64,000 nucleotides of DNA from an uncultured Planctomycetaceae bacterium (GTDB lineage: Bacteria > Planctomycetota > Planctomycetia > Planctomycetales > Planctomycetaceae): assembly GCA_963976765.1 (NCBI GenBank), contig CAXBME010000002.1, positions 186,001 through 250,000 of the forward strand, written 5' to 3'. Below the pieces are notes generated by a model. That model saw nothing but the letters and a program-made list of their open reading frames with translations, did not search any database and was not told the origin of the DNA. This document shows, one piece after another, positions 38,487 through 47,333 of the stretch (its first letter is position 1; each line of letters starts with the position of its first letter). The translations under genes and the position numbers were made by a program.

Positions 38487-39683
38487 ATGCGAATTCTTGC
38501 GATCTGGGACAACGAAGCCGAATGCGACCTCGTCGCCATGTACCTCGGCATCGACGACAATGAAGTGATATCTGCTCCTGGTGTGGAAGAAGTCGAGCAG
38601 CGACTCAAAGAAGGTGGCGAATTCGACATTATCCTGATGCCGATCGATCTGCCAGACCCTGACGCTGGCTACGAGATCTTCGGACGAATCAGGAAAGTAT
38701 TTCCGGGCACGCCCATCGTGGGCGCCTGCCAGCCGGCTGATGTCTTCCGCATTGTTCGTTTCATGGCCAACGGCATGAGCGCCTACGTGATTCGCGACGC
38801 CAGCGGCGACTACATGTTCATGCTGCAGGCAATTCTCGACAGCACCGTCGATGCCGTCCGAGCCGCTCGCGAGGAACAGATTTCAGCCAAACTGCGCGAA
38901 GAAGTCGAGTCCGTTCGCAAGCTCCAGGAATCCGTCATTCCGAAACACCTGGAAGCTCCGCACGGCTACAAGATTGTTGGCCGCTACGAACCGTCACAGA
39001 TTCGGGTGCTCGGTGGCAGCCCCGTGACCATGGCCGGGGGAGACTATTATGACGTCTTCACGCTGCCGGACGGAAAGATTGCACTGATCGTTGGTGACGC
39101 GTCCGGACATGGCATGAAAGCCGCCATGTCGATCATGACGATGCACACGCTGATGCGGATGATCAGAACTCAGGAGCACAATGACACATCCCACTTCGTG
39201 GAAGTCATCAACCAGCAGTTGTACGAGCAGGCGATTGTCAACGAAGAGGGCGGTTTCATCACATTGCTGTACGCCATCCTCGATACCGAAAAGCAGGAAC
39301 TGCAATGGACGTCCGCTGGCCATCCACCGCCAATTCTGCAGAACTATGAGACCGGAGAAGTCGCGTTTCTCGGTGACGACGATGCCGGTGGTCTTCCGCT
39401 GGCTGTTATCGAAGAAGCCGAGTACGAGACGTACCACTCGCACATTCCCAACAACATCCGACTGCTGATGTTTACGGACGGCCTGGAAGAAGCATTTCCG
39501 GCGGGCATGACGACCAAGCATGATCAATTCGGCAATGATGGGATCATGGAGACGCTTCGAAAGTCAAAGGATAAGACCCTCGAAGAAGCTCTCCAGCAGT
39601 TGTTCGACGATTCCAATGCCTTCACCAAAGGTACTGGCCGGCACGACGATACGTCGGTCGTTCTGCTGGAACGATTCGAATAG
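38487..39683 (+). CDS. PP2C/SpoIIE-type phosphatase with N-terminal receiver-like domain
   Basis: GGDYYD, VGDASGHG..AA, AGHPPP, FTDGL.E, DDTS; N-terminal REC-like fold. Confidence 0.88.
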   Translation: MRILAIWDNEAECDLVAMYLGIDDNEVISAPGVEEVEQRLKEGGEFDIILMPIDLPDPDAGYEIFGRIRKVFPGTPIVGACQPADVFRIVRFMANGMSAYVIRDASGDYMFMLQAILDSTVDAVRAAREEQISAKLREEVESVRKLQESVIPKHLEAPHGYKIVGRYEPSQIRVLGGSPVTMAGGDYYDVFTLPDGKIALIVGDASGHGMKAAMSIMTMHTLMRMIRTQEHNDTSHFVEVINQQLYEQAIVNEEGGFITLLYAILDTEKQELQWTSAGHPPPILQNYETGEVAFLGDDDAGGLPLAVIEEAEYETYHSHIPNNIRLLMFTDGLEEAFPAGMTTKHDQFGNDGIMETLRKSKDKTLEEALQQLFDDSNAFTKGTGRHDDTSVVLLERFE

Positions 39684-39715
39684 ACAGGCAAAAAGCCCCC
39701 ACGTGAGAACGTCTG

Positions 39716-40624
39716 ATGTCCCGCACCATCCTGTCGCGATACCTGGATCCGGCGACGCTGAGCCGAGTGGCGAAGCGGCACGTCGAGCCGCGTGGACTGG
39801 TTATGGGAAATCTGGCCGGCGCCCACAAATCGCCGCTGGCTGGTTTTGCCGTCGAGTTTGCCGGGCATCGTGAATACGTCCCCGGCGATGAACCTCGTCA
39901 CATCGACTGGCGGCTGTACTTCACGCGCGATCGATACTTCATCAAGCAGTACGAGATGGAGACGAATTTCGTCGCTCACCTCGTTCTCGATATCAGCGCA
40001 TCAATGCGGTACGGTGACGCCAATCAGCAGAAACTGAGTTACGCAGCCAGCATGGCCGCAACGCTGGCGTTTTCGATTGCCCAGCAGAATGACAAAGTCT
40101 CGCTGGCCACATTTGACGACCGGGTGCGGGGCTTCATCCCTCCGAGCAACTCGATGGCCCAGATGATTCGTATGTCGAGCCTGCTCGACGAAGCGGATCC
40201 GGTCGACAAGACCAACATGGCTGCCTGCCTGAACGAATTGGCCGGTCGCATGGCACGTCGCGAAATCGTGATGATCTTCAGCGACTTTTTTACGGACCTC
40301 GACGCACTGGAGCCAGCGTTGCAGTTGCTCCGTTTCAACCAGCATGAAGTCGTCCTGTTTCAGGTGATGCACCACGACGAGGTCGCCTTCGAGTTCGACG
40401 GAATGGTTCGATTCGATGGTCTGGAAGCTCCGGAGCAGTACCTCACCCAGACCGACGATATCCGTCAGGGATACCTGGCCGCAGTCGCCGAGTTCCGGTC
40501 AAATCTGGGAGACATCTGCCAGCGAAACCGCGTCGAGCGAGTGGAAGTTGACACCAGCCGTGACATCGCCGAAGTCCTGATCGACTACCTGAATCATCGC
40601 AGTTTGCTGAACCGCGGCCGGTAG
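39716..40624 (+). CDS. DUF58 family protein (MoxR-associated vWA-like)
   Basis: G.H.S...G...EF..HREY.PGD..RHIDW, LD.SASM.YG, IFSDF. Confidence 0.92.
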   Translation: MSRTILSRYLDPATLSRVAKRHVEPRGLVMGNLAGAHKSPLAGFAVEFAGHREYVPGDEPRHIDWRLYFTRDRYFIKQYEMETNFVAHLVLDISASMRYGDANQQKLSYAASMAATLAFSIAQQNDKVSLATFDDRVRGFIPPSNSMAQMIRMSSLLDEADPVDKTNMAACLNELAGRMARREIVMIFSDFFTDLDALEPALQLLRFNQHEVVLFQVMHHDEVAFEFDGMVRFDGLEAPEQYLTQTDDIRQGYLAAVAEFRSNLGDICQRNRVERVEVDTSRDIAEVLIDYLNHRSLLNRGR

Positions 40625-40662
40625 CGCAGCAGGGGCAAGCACAAAACTGATTTGGAAGCTGA

Positions 40663-42582
40663 CTACAGAAACTGGATCAGGCTCAGCTGAAATCCCTGGC
40701 CAGCAACCTGGTAGGTCGCTTGAAGTACCTGCTGCTGGGCAACAAGATTTGAAAGCACCTCGGCGAGGTCGGCGTCAAACTGCTGCGAAAGATCCTCGTT
40801 GATCAGAACCTCATCGTCGAGCAGGCGATTTTCAACGGCTTCCAGTGTCTGAGCCCGGACACCTAATTCTCCCAGTGTTTGAAAGAAGCGATCAGCTTCA
40901 GCGTCGACCTGAGTACTGATTCTGGTCAGCGCGGCGTCGTCACCGGTTCTTAATGCCTGTTCGAGTGACGTCAGGAGACTGATCAACCCGTCCGACTTCT
41001 TTTTGTGGACGTCGTCGCCGACCAGATCGACCGCCGGATTGGCCTGAGTTCCTGCCACTCCCAAAGCAATAGCAACATCATTTCCGGCAACTGTCAGCGG
41101 CCCCGTGCCGGAAGTATCGGAAATCGAAATTCCATTTCCGACCGAGTTGAGACTCGCCGTCAACGTGCCTCCACCAGCAGCCCCGATGGTGTCGATCACG
41201 TCCTGAACCGTTTGCGCGGCCGAGAGATCCACTGTTGTCAGTGAACCATCACGTCGCGTGATTTCAAGTGTGCCTCCTGACTGAAGCTGCGCACCGGCAC
41301 CGCTATTCAGGTCGCTCAGCAGCGTGTCAGCAGTCAGTGTGCGAAGGCCGAGTGCTGTTGCCACCCCGCCGCCGTTTTCACCGATGGAAAATTCTGCACC
41401 AGACAACCGGCTGACGATCGAAATACCGGTTCCGTCAGCACTGATTCCTGCGTCCAGGTCGAGACCGGCCAGGCGGATTTCGTTAAAAAGATCCTGAACG
41501 GTGACTGCCGACGAAACATCCACAACCGCAGACTTCCCACCAACGTTGATCAGCAGCCCCGTCCCGACGGTTGGACCAATTCCGGCGCCGTTGTTGAGAT
41601 CAGACAGTCGAGTATGAATCGAAACGGCCGGGTTGAGATCGCCTCCGGAAATCTGCGTCGTTGCGGTGCTGGAGATCCCAAGATCCGATGCGACTCGTGA
41701 ACCGGCAACGTTTGAGACAGCAACTGTTCCGCTGGAAGACGCCACCCGTAAACCCGACGGAGACGACGGATCGACGTCGACAGTCACAGTTAGAGCCTGA
41801 CCAGCAAACGCGTCTTCGATAAACGTCTTCACGTCGCCGATTGTTTCAGCCAATGACAGGTCGACATTCCTTGAAACCACGGTGCCGCCATCCTGAAGAA
41901 CGACGTCGATACTGCCGGATCTGAGCCCCGCGCCGCCATGCAGATTTGCAAGCCGGGTTTCCGTCGTCACGGCGACATTCAGATCGTCGCTCTCGACCGT
42001 CGTCAGAACGTTAAACGCTGACTGGCCATCAAGATTGTTGACAATCTGCTGCCCGGAATCGATGTACGAGCGGATCTGCTGAGTGTTCCCCGAGTAAAGA
42101 ACATTGCCCGCCGCCTTCAATTCAAACGGAGCAGAATCTGATTCGGTACCTGCAAAGAGAAACCGCCCCCGGAATTTCGTATTTGCGCTGTTGAGCACCT
42201 GATCGATCAGACCGCTGACCTCGGTGGCCAGCCCGAGTCGTTCAGTTTCTGTCACCGTCGATCCGATGCCTTGCAGAATCAGGCTCTTCGCACTGTTGAC
42301 TACATTGGAGACCGACCCCAACGCGTTTTCGGTCGCTGCCAGCAATGAACGATCAGTCGCGACGTTCGCTTTGAACTGCTGCTGCCGCTCAAGCCGAGTC
42401 TGCAGGACAATCGTGCTTAACGCCGACGAGGGATCTTCACTGGGAACCAGATACTGCTGCCCGGTCGTCAGTTGATCCTGAATTCGCTGTAACTCGATCT
42501 GCCCATTCTGAATCTGCTGATTCAACCGGCGGAACGAGAACGAGTTCGGCAGTCTGCCGGGCAAAATCGGGCTAATGCTCAT
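40663..42582 (-). CDS. flgL: Flagellar hook-associated protein FlgL (long form)
   Basis: Flagellin-type N-terminus (QLTTG....PSEDP, N.K..GRFLFAG) and C-terminus (DADLAE..SNL...Q..LQA.Y......SL..FL); downstream of flgK. Confidence 0.88.
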   Translation of the reverse strand: MSISPILPGRLPNSFSFRRLNQQIQNGQIELQRIQDQLTTGQQYLVPSEDPSSALSTIVLQTRLERQQQFKANVATDRSLLAATENALGSVSNVVNSAKSLILQGIGSTVTETERLGLATEVSGLIDQVLNSANTKFRGRFLFAGTESDSAPFELKAAGNVLYSGNTQQIRSYIDSGQQIVNNLDGQSAFNVLTTVESDDLNVAVTTETRLANLHGGAGLRSGSIDVVLQDGGTVVSRNVDLSLAETIGDVKTFIEDAFAGQALTVTVDVDPSSPSGLRVASSSGTVAVSNVAGSRVASDLGISSTATTQISGGDLNPAVSIHTRLSDLNNGAGIGPTVGTGLLINVGGKSAVVDVSSAVTVQDLFNEIRLAGLDLDAGISADGTGISIVSRLSGAEFSIGENGGGVATALGLRTLTADTLLSDLNSGAGAQLQSGGTLEITRRDGSLTTVDLSAAQTVQDVIDTIGAAGGGTLTASLNSVGNGISISDTSGTGPLTVAGNDVAIALGVAGTQANPAVDLVGDDVHKKKSDGLISLLTSLEQALRTGDDAALTRISTQVDAEADRFFQTLGELGVRAQTLEAVENRLLDDEVLINEDLSQQFDADLAEVLSNLVAQQQVLQATYQVAGQGFQLSLIQFL

Positions 42583-42630
42583 GACAACGCGTCGTCTACT
42601 TTCGACCTGAAGTTTGAAACGTATGCCACG

Positions 42631-44328
42631 TCAGAGCGTGACAAGGATGTCGAACAGTTCGTCGACAGAGCGAATGACTCTTGCCGACGCTGCATACGCC
42701 TGCTGAAACTCGATCAGCCGAACTGCTTCTTCGTCGAGGCTCACTCCGGAAAACTGCTCACGCTGACTCAGGAGCGACTGACGAAACTGCTCAAGTCCGG
42801 TTGCTTTGGCATTTTCGGCAGACACTCCCTGAGCAATTCCCGAGACCACGTTCTGGTAAAAGTCTTCAATACCTCTGCCGCCAAGCTGGTCAAGCGGCTG
42901 CTCAAGAACCGTCGCCAGTTGCAGAACATTTCGGTTATCAGAAGGCCCAGCTCCCTGGCCGGTTGCCAGTAGATTCTGGTTCCCTTTAACAAGCGCATTG
43001 ATGCCAATAGTGGCTGAGTCAGAGCCGGTAAAGAACGTGTTGATGCCGAGTGCCGCCAGAACGCCGCTGGTGTCGTCGGCGAATCGTAGCTCGAACTCAG
43101 GGTCGGCATCGAGTTTCAGTTCGCCGGTCGTCGTGATTGTTGCCGACACGTTTGCCGCCAGATCGATCGACGCCCGCAAATCTTCCAGTGACGTGTCGTT
43201 CCCACCAATTCCGTCGAGGTCGATCCGAATCGTTTCCACCCGAGTGATGCCGGTTTGTCTGTTCGTTACTTTCAAGTCGAAGCTGCCGTGATTGATGGAA
43301 CCAGGCAGATCAACATCGCTGAGCACGGCGTTCGCATCGTCAACTCGATTTGTTGAAGTAATCGTGGAATAACCTTCCAGGCCTTCGCCGGATGAGTGAA
43401 TCCGGTTGAACGCGGAGATCAAACTGCCGGCAATCTGGTCAAGATCATCGACGAAAGCTCCCAGAATCTCGTCTCGCCCGTCGATGACTCCACGAATCTC
43501 ACCGCCAGGCTGTGAAATCTGGAAGTGCGTCTGAGTGAACCGCACAACATCAACGGTAACACCACGATCCTCAATCGTCGCCGTCTCGATGTGCTGACGA
43601 TGACCGGAGAACAGTACGTATTCGCTTCCACTGTAGACGTCGACGTTGCCATTCGGCTGCTCGGTGAACTTCACAGGGATGATCTCTGACAACCGATTCA
43701 ACGCGTCGTATCTTTGAGTTCGCAGCCCGCCAGCCTCGCTCGCCAGAAGCCCGTTTGATTCCTGTTTAGTAATCTTCAGATTGAGATCTGCAATCTCGTC
43801 AATAAGGTTGTTGGCTTCTTCAACCAGGTTTTCAATTCGAACGGTCTGACCGGTTCGCAGCTGATCAACGCGAGTTCGCAGGTTCGTAATATCGGCAACC
43901 AGCAGCTCGCCTTCAGAAATGATGCTGTTCCGCAGCGGGCCCTGTTCCGGTTGATTTACCACTTCGTTGATGGCGGCAAGAAACGAACTGAACCGACTCG
44001 ACAAATCCTGATCACCGAGTTCGCGAAGCTGTCCTTCGAGCTGAGTGTAGATTGACTCTCGAGCACTCGATGCATGCGCTTCAGAATTCGTCAAGTGAAT
44101 TCTTGATTCGAGAAACTGATCGATCGCCTGCCGGACAGCCGTTGCTTTGACACCCGCTCCAACGATGAGTCCGCCCCGATTGAAGGGAGCCTCCGCTGAC
44201 AACGTCAGCTCTTCGCGGATGTAACCGGGCGTGTTGGCGTTCGCGATGTTGCTCGACGAAACCTGCACCGCGGTGCTGAACACTTCAAGCGCGCGGCTCG
44301 CTGTTGCCAGTGCTGCGGTGAGTGACAT
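42631..44328 (-). CDS. flgK: Flagellar hook-associated protein FlgK
   Basis: NIANANTPGY.R N-terminus and SGVSLDEE...L..FQ.AY.ASARVI C-terminus. Confidence 0.95.
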   Translation of the reverse strand: MSLTAALATASRALEVFSTAVQVSSSNIANANTPGYIREELTLSAEAPFNRGGLIVGAGVKATAVRQAIDQFLESRIHLTNSEAHASSARESIYTQLEGQLRELGDQDLSSRFSSFLAAINEVVNQPEQGPLRNSIISEGELLVADITNLRTRVDQLRTGQTVRIENLVEEANNLIDEIADLNLKITKQESNGLLASEAGGLRTQRYDALNRLSEIIPVKFTEQPNGNVDVYSGSEYVLFSGHRQHIETATIEDRGVTVDVVRFTQTHFQISQPGGEIRGVIDGRDEILGAFVDDLDQIAGSLISAFNRIHSSGEGLEGYSTITSTNRVDDANAVLSDVDLPGSINHGSFDLKVTNRQTGITRVETIRIDLDGIGGNDTSLEDLRASIDLAANVSATITTTGELKLDADPEFELRFADDTSGVLAALGINTFFTGSDSATIGINALVKGNQNLLATGQGAGPSDNRNVLQLATVLEQPLDQLGGRGIEDFYQNVVSGIAQGVSAENAKATGLEQFRQSLLSQREQFSGVSLDEEAVRLIEFQQAYAASARVIRSVDELFDILVTL

Positions 44329-44377
44329 GGTTCGATCCGTCGAAAGAGTCGGCTGCCTGCCGTGATTTTAGAACAGT

Positions 44378-44401
44378 GTTAATTCGTTAATTCGTTAATT
44401 C
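44378..44401. repeat. Octamer tandem repeat GTTAATTC x3
   Basis: Three perfect copies in the flgN-flgK spacer. Confidence 0.85.
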
Positions 44402-44462
44402 AGGAATTGAATTCTGACGACCGCTCGAGGCAGTCAGAAAATCTGCGTCGAAGAAAATTGGC

Positions 44463-44981
44463 TTACACCGCCGTGTCGATCAGCGCTCCGCCTGAAACTG
44501 TGCATCCTGGTCCGCCTTTCTGATCCGCTGGTCGCTCTCCGCAATTCGCAATCAGGTTTCGAATTTCTGTGAACTCGCGGCAGCCTCGTCGTACCGCATG
44601 CCAGTTAACCCAGCTCGTTTGCCTGAGTGACCAGCTTCGCTGTTCGATTCTCTTCATCCAATCGACAGTCTGCTGATATTGCCCGGCGTCGATCTCCCCA
44701 TGAGGAGCGACAAATCGCGACAGGTCATGCAACAGCTTTCGAAGGTTTGTTGAAACCAGACGCTCGCGCCGAGCCTTTCCCAAAATCACCGCTCGTTGTT
44801 GAAGCTGTTTGCGCAGCCGTGTCTGAATCGTCTGTTCCTGCTGGACGAGCTTCAGCAGAAGCGCCGGCTCGATGGATGCCAGCGCTGCCAGACGACGTTC
44901 GTAAAGTTGCTCCAGCTCAAGCTGAATCGGCTCCAACCCGGAGAGAAATTTTACGAGGTCACGAAACAATTCAGATGACAT
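44463..44981 (-). CDS. flgN: Flagellar export chaperone FlgN-like
   Basis: Helical protein immediately upstream of flgK, with N.W motif and terminal G.LID..V. Confidence 0.65.
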   Translation of the reverse strand: MSSELFRDLVKFLSGLEPIQLELEQLYERRLAALASIEPALLLKLVQQEQTIQTRLRKQLQQRAVILGKARRERLVSTNLRKLLHDLSRFVAPHGEIDAGQYQQTVDWMKRIEQRSWSLRQTSWVNWHAVRRGCREFTEIRNLIANCGERPADQKGGPGCTVSGGALIDTAV

Positions 44982-45353
44982 TGGACACACAGCCTCGTGA
45001 CTTTCAGGTCAATAAAATCGCCGCTTCCTCTCCCCCTTGAACGAAGGACATTCGGCGAGAGTGATAGAAGCCACTGTTCAAGTTCGACACCGGGCAGTCG
45101 TTCAATTCCGGATTTCCCCGTCGACGACTCTCCTTGACCGAGCTTACGCAGACTGACAGTCAAAAACGGCACTGTGTCAGGTAGATACCTCCCGCATTCG
45201 CAAACTGGGCCGGAGCACTTCTTCCCAAACGGAAGCGACAACGTAATACTCGACTGATGCCGCTCGCAGTGAGAAATGAGATATTTTCCAGCGCTAAGCG
45301 CAAGCGGTTTATTCGAATTCTCCACGAAGTAACTTTGTCGTCGCAGGTGCCCG

Positions 45354-46490
45354 GTGAGTAGCAACAAACTGATCGACATGGCGAAACGCGGGCGCGCCGC
45401 GATCGCAAGATGGCGACGGGCGAATCCTGATGTACTGCTTCTGCTGACCGATGCCGATCTCCAGGACGCGGATCTTCGCGGCGCAAATCTGAAACGGGCC
45501 GATCTGACCGGAGCCGACCTTCGAGGTGCCAACCTTATCGGCGCTCAGCTGTCCGAAGCCGATCTGACGCGGGCCGACCTTCGAGGAGCACGGCTCACCA
45601 AGGCTGACTTCTACGCAGCCCGTTTGTTCAAAGCGACGCTGGATAATGCCGAAGCCGGCGGCGCCTATTTCCGCCGGGCCGATCTGACAGAAGTCGACTG
45701 TTCGGGGGCGGATTTGACGAAAGCCGACCTGCGCGAAGCGAACTTCCGTAATGGATCGCTGGCGGGCGCCAGCCTGGTGGGAGCGAACCTTGGCTTTGCC
45801 AGACTGGCTGGCGTCGACATGCGGGACGCGATTTTTGGATGGACAACACTCGGACACGTTGATCTGTCACAGGTCATCGGGCTGGACCAGGTCAATCATG
45901 TTGGGCCAAGTTCAATTGGTCTCGACACGGCGAGGCTTTCTCATGCAAAAATGTCAGATACATTTCTGCAGGGATGCGGTATTTCTGAAGGAGTGATTCA
46001 ACACTGGAAGTCACTCTTCGGACATCCAACGGAAGAGTTTTCGTGTTTTATCCGGTTTGCGCCGGACGACGAATCCTTCGCCCGACACCTGGCCGAACGA
46101 GCACAGGCACGCGGCCTTCGTTGCTGGCTCGACGAAATGCCGAATTCTTCGAAGGAGCGGCGAGCAAGGTCCGCTCCGACGAGTTACGAAACAACTGAGC
46201 GAGTGCTGATCTGCTCGTCAAAGGCGTCGTTGACAAGCTGGTGGATCAACGACGAAGTCGCCAGGCTGGCCGCTCGCGAAAAACAGCACAAAGAAGATAC
46301 TGGCAAGTCTGTTCGTTTTTTCTTCCCGCTCAATCTGGACGGCTTCATGTTCAGCGGCGACTGGAAACATCCACAGGAAAAGCAGATCGCCAGGCAGGCC
46401 ATCGACTTTGTGGGCTGGCGACGCAACAAAGACAAGTTCGATCAGGAACTCACGAAACTTGTCCAGTTTATGGTCGCCGAGAATCGTTAA
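45354..46490 (+). CDS. Pentapeptide-repeat protein with C-terminal TIR domain
   Basis: A(D/N)Lxx repeats, then GPSSIG.DT..FL.GCG linker and TIR-like FA..L......G.RCW.D, LICSS..SL.S.W...EV, P..LD. Confidence 0.88.
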   Translation: MSSNKLIDMAKRGRAAIARWRRANPDVLLLLTDADLQDADLRGANLKRADLTGADLRGANLIGAQLSEADLTRADLRGARLTKADFYAARLFKATLDNAEAGGAYFRRADLTEVDCSGADLTKADLREANFRNGSLAGASLVGANLGFARLAGVDMRDAIFGWTTLGHVDLSQVIGLDQVNHVGPSSIGLDTARLSHAKMSDTFLQGCGISEGVIQHWKSLFGHPTEEFSCFIRFAPDDESFARHLAERAQARGLRCWLDEMPNSSKERRARSAPTSYETTERVLICSSKASLTSWWINDEVARLAAREKQHKEDTGKSVRFFFPLNLDGFMFSGDWKHPQEKQIARQAIDFVGWRRNKDKFDQELTKLVQFMVAENR

Positions 46491-46681
46491 TTGGTTCCGT
46501 GAAGTATTTTCCCAGGGAATGGTGACTCGACCGGACTGAATACTTATTGCCGGCAGTGTGTGATAAACCACCGATGGCTTGTTGCCTTTTGAGGAGAATT
46601 GCGACTACTGAATGTTCGCCCTGGCATGTTTTCAACGTTCCAGAGTGACTCTCCAGCTTTTAAAGAATGAAGGACCAAGAG

Positions 46682-47200
46682 ATGAAGAAGACTGATCTGA
46701 GCCGACGTGATTTCAACCGACTTTCAATGGCAGCATTTGGTGGAGTCGTTGCAGGAACCTTTGCTGGCTGTGCCAATGACGGCGGTGATGCCTCTGTTCC
46801 CGATGGAGCACCAGCAGGCGGAACCAGTCCCGAGGGCAGCGGTACCACTGAAACAGAAAGTGGCGAGCCTGCTGCGGGTGAAGAAACCGCCAGCCTGCTG
46901 ATGGGCGACAAGAATGTTTGCCGCGGCCTCAACATCTGCAAAGGTCACGGAGCCGGTGGCGAAAATGCATGTGCTGGAACCGGCGCCTGTGCAACGATCG
47001 CTGCTCACGAATGCGCCGGAAACAACGAGTGCAAAGGTCAGGGCGGCTGCGGAGCGAAGCCTGGCGAGAATGCCTGCAAAGGCATGGGCAGTTGCGCTGT
47101 TCCTCTGAAAGATCACGCCTGGGGCAAAGCCAGGGCCAACTTTGAAGCAGCCATGAAAGCGGCAAGCAAGGAAGTTGGAGCCGCTCCAGCTGCTGGCTAG
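46682..47200 (+). CDS. Tat-exported Cys-rich lipoprotein (bufferin/MNIO-precursor-like)
   Basis: SRRDF Tat motif, FAGC lipobox, acidic linker, repeated (N/H)xCxGx(N/G)xC units. Confidence 0.75.
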   Translation: MKKTDLSRRDFNRLSMAAFGGVVAGTFAGCANDGGDASVPDGAPAGGTSPEGSGTTETESGEPAAGEETASLLMGDKNVCRGLNICKGHGAGGENACAGTGACATIAAHECAGNNECKGQGGCGAKPGENACKGMGSCAVPLKDHAWGKARANFEAAMKAASKEVGAAPAAG

Positions 47201-47233
47201 GCTGAGAGGCACATAAACCAAAGCACAAACAGA

Positions 47234-47268
47234 AACGGGATGAGCTGATTGAATCAGCTCACCCCGTT
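47234..47268. terminator. Hairpin/terminator between convergent genes
   Basis: AACGGG-ATGAGCTGATT/AATCAGCTCA-CCCCGTT stem. Confidence 0.65.
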
Positions 47269-47333
47269 GTTCGTTTCAGGAAGGATGTCGCCGCATGAGA
47301 GCCTGAGTTTACCTTCGCCTGGCAGAGCCCGAC

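Noticed and set aside
44990..45350. c-di-GMP riboswitch or sigma28 promoter upstream of flgN
   Set aside because: Only partial GCCGA-like matches with wrong spacing; no GEMM core.
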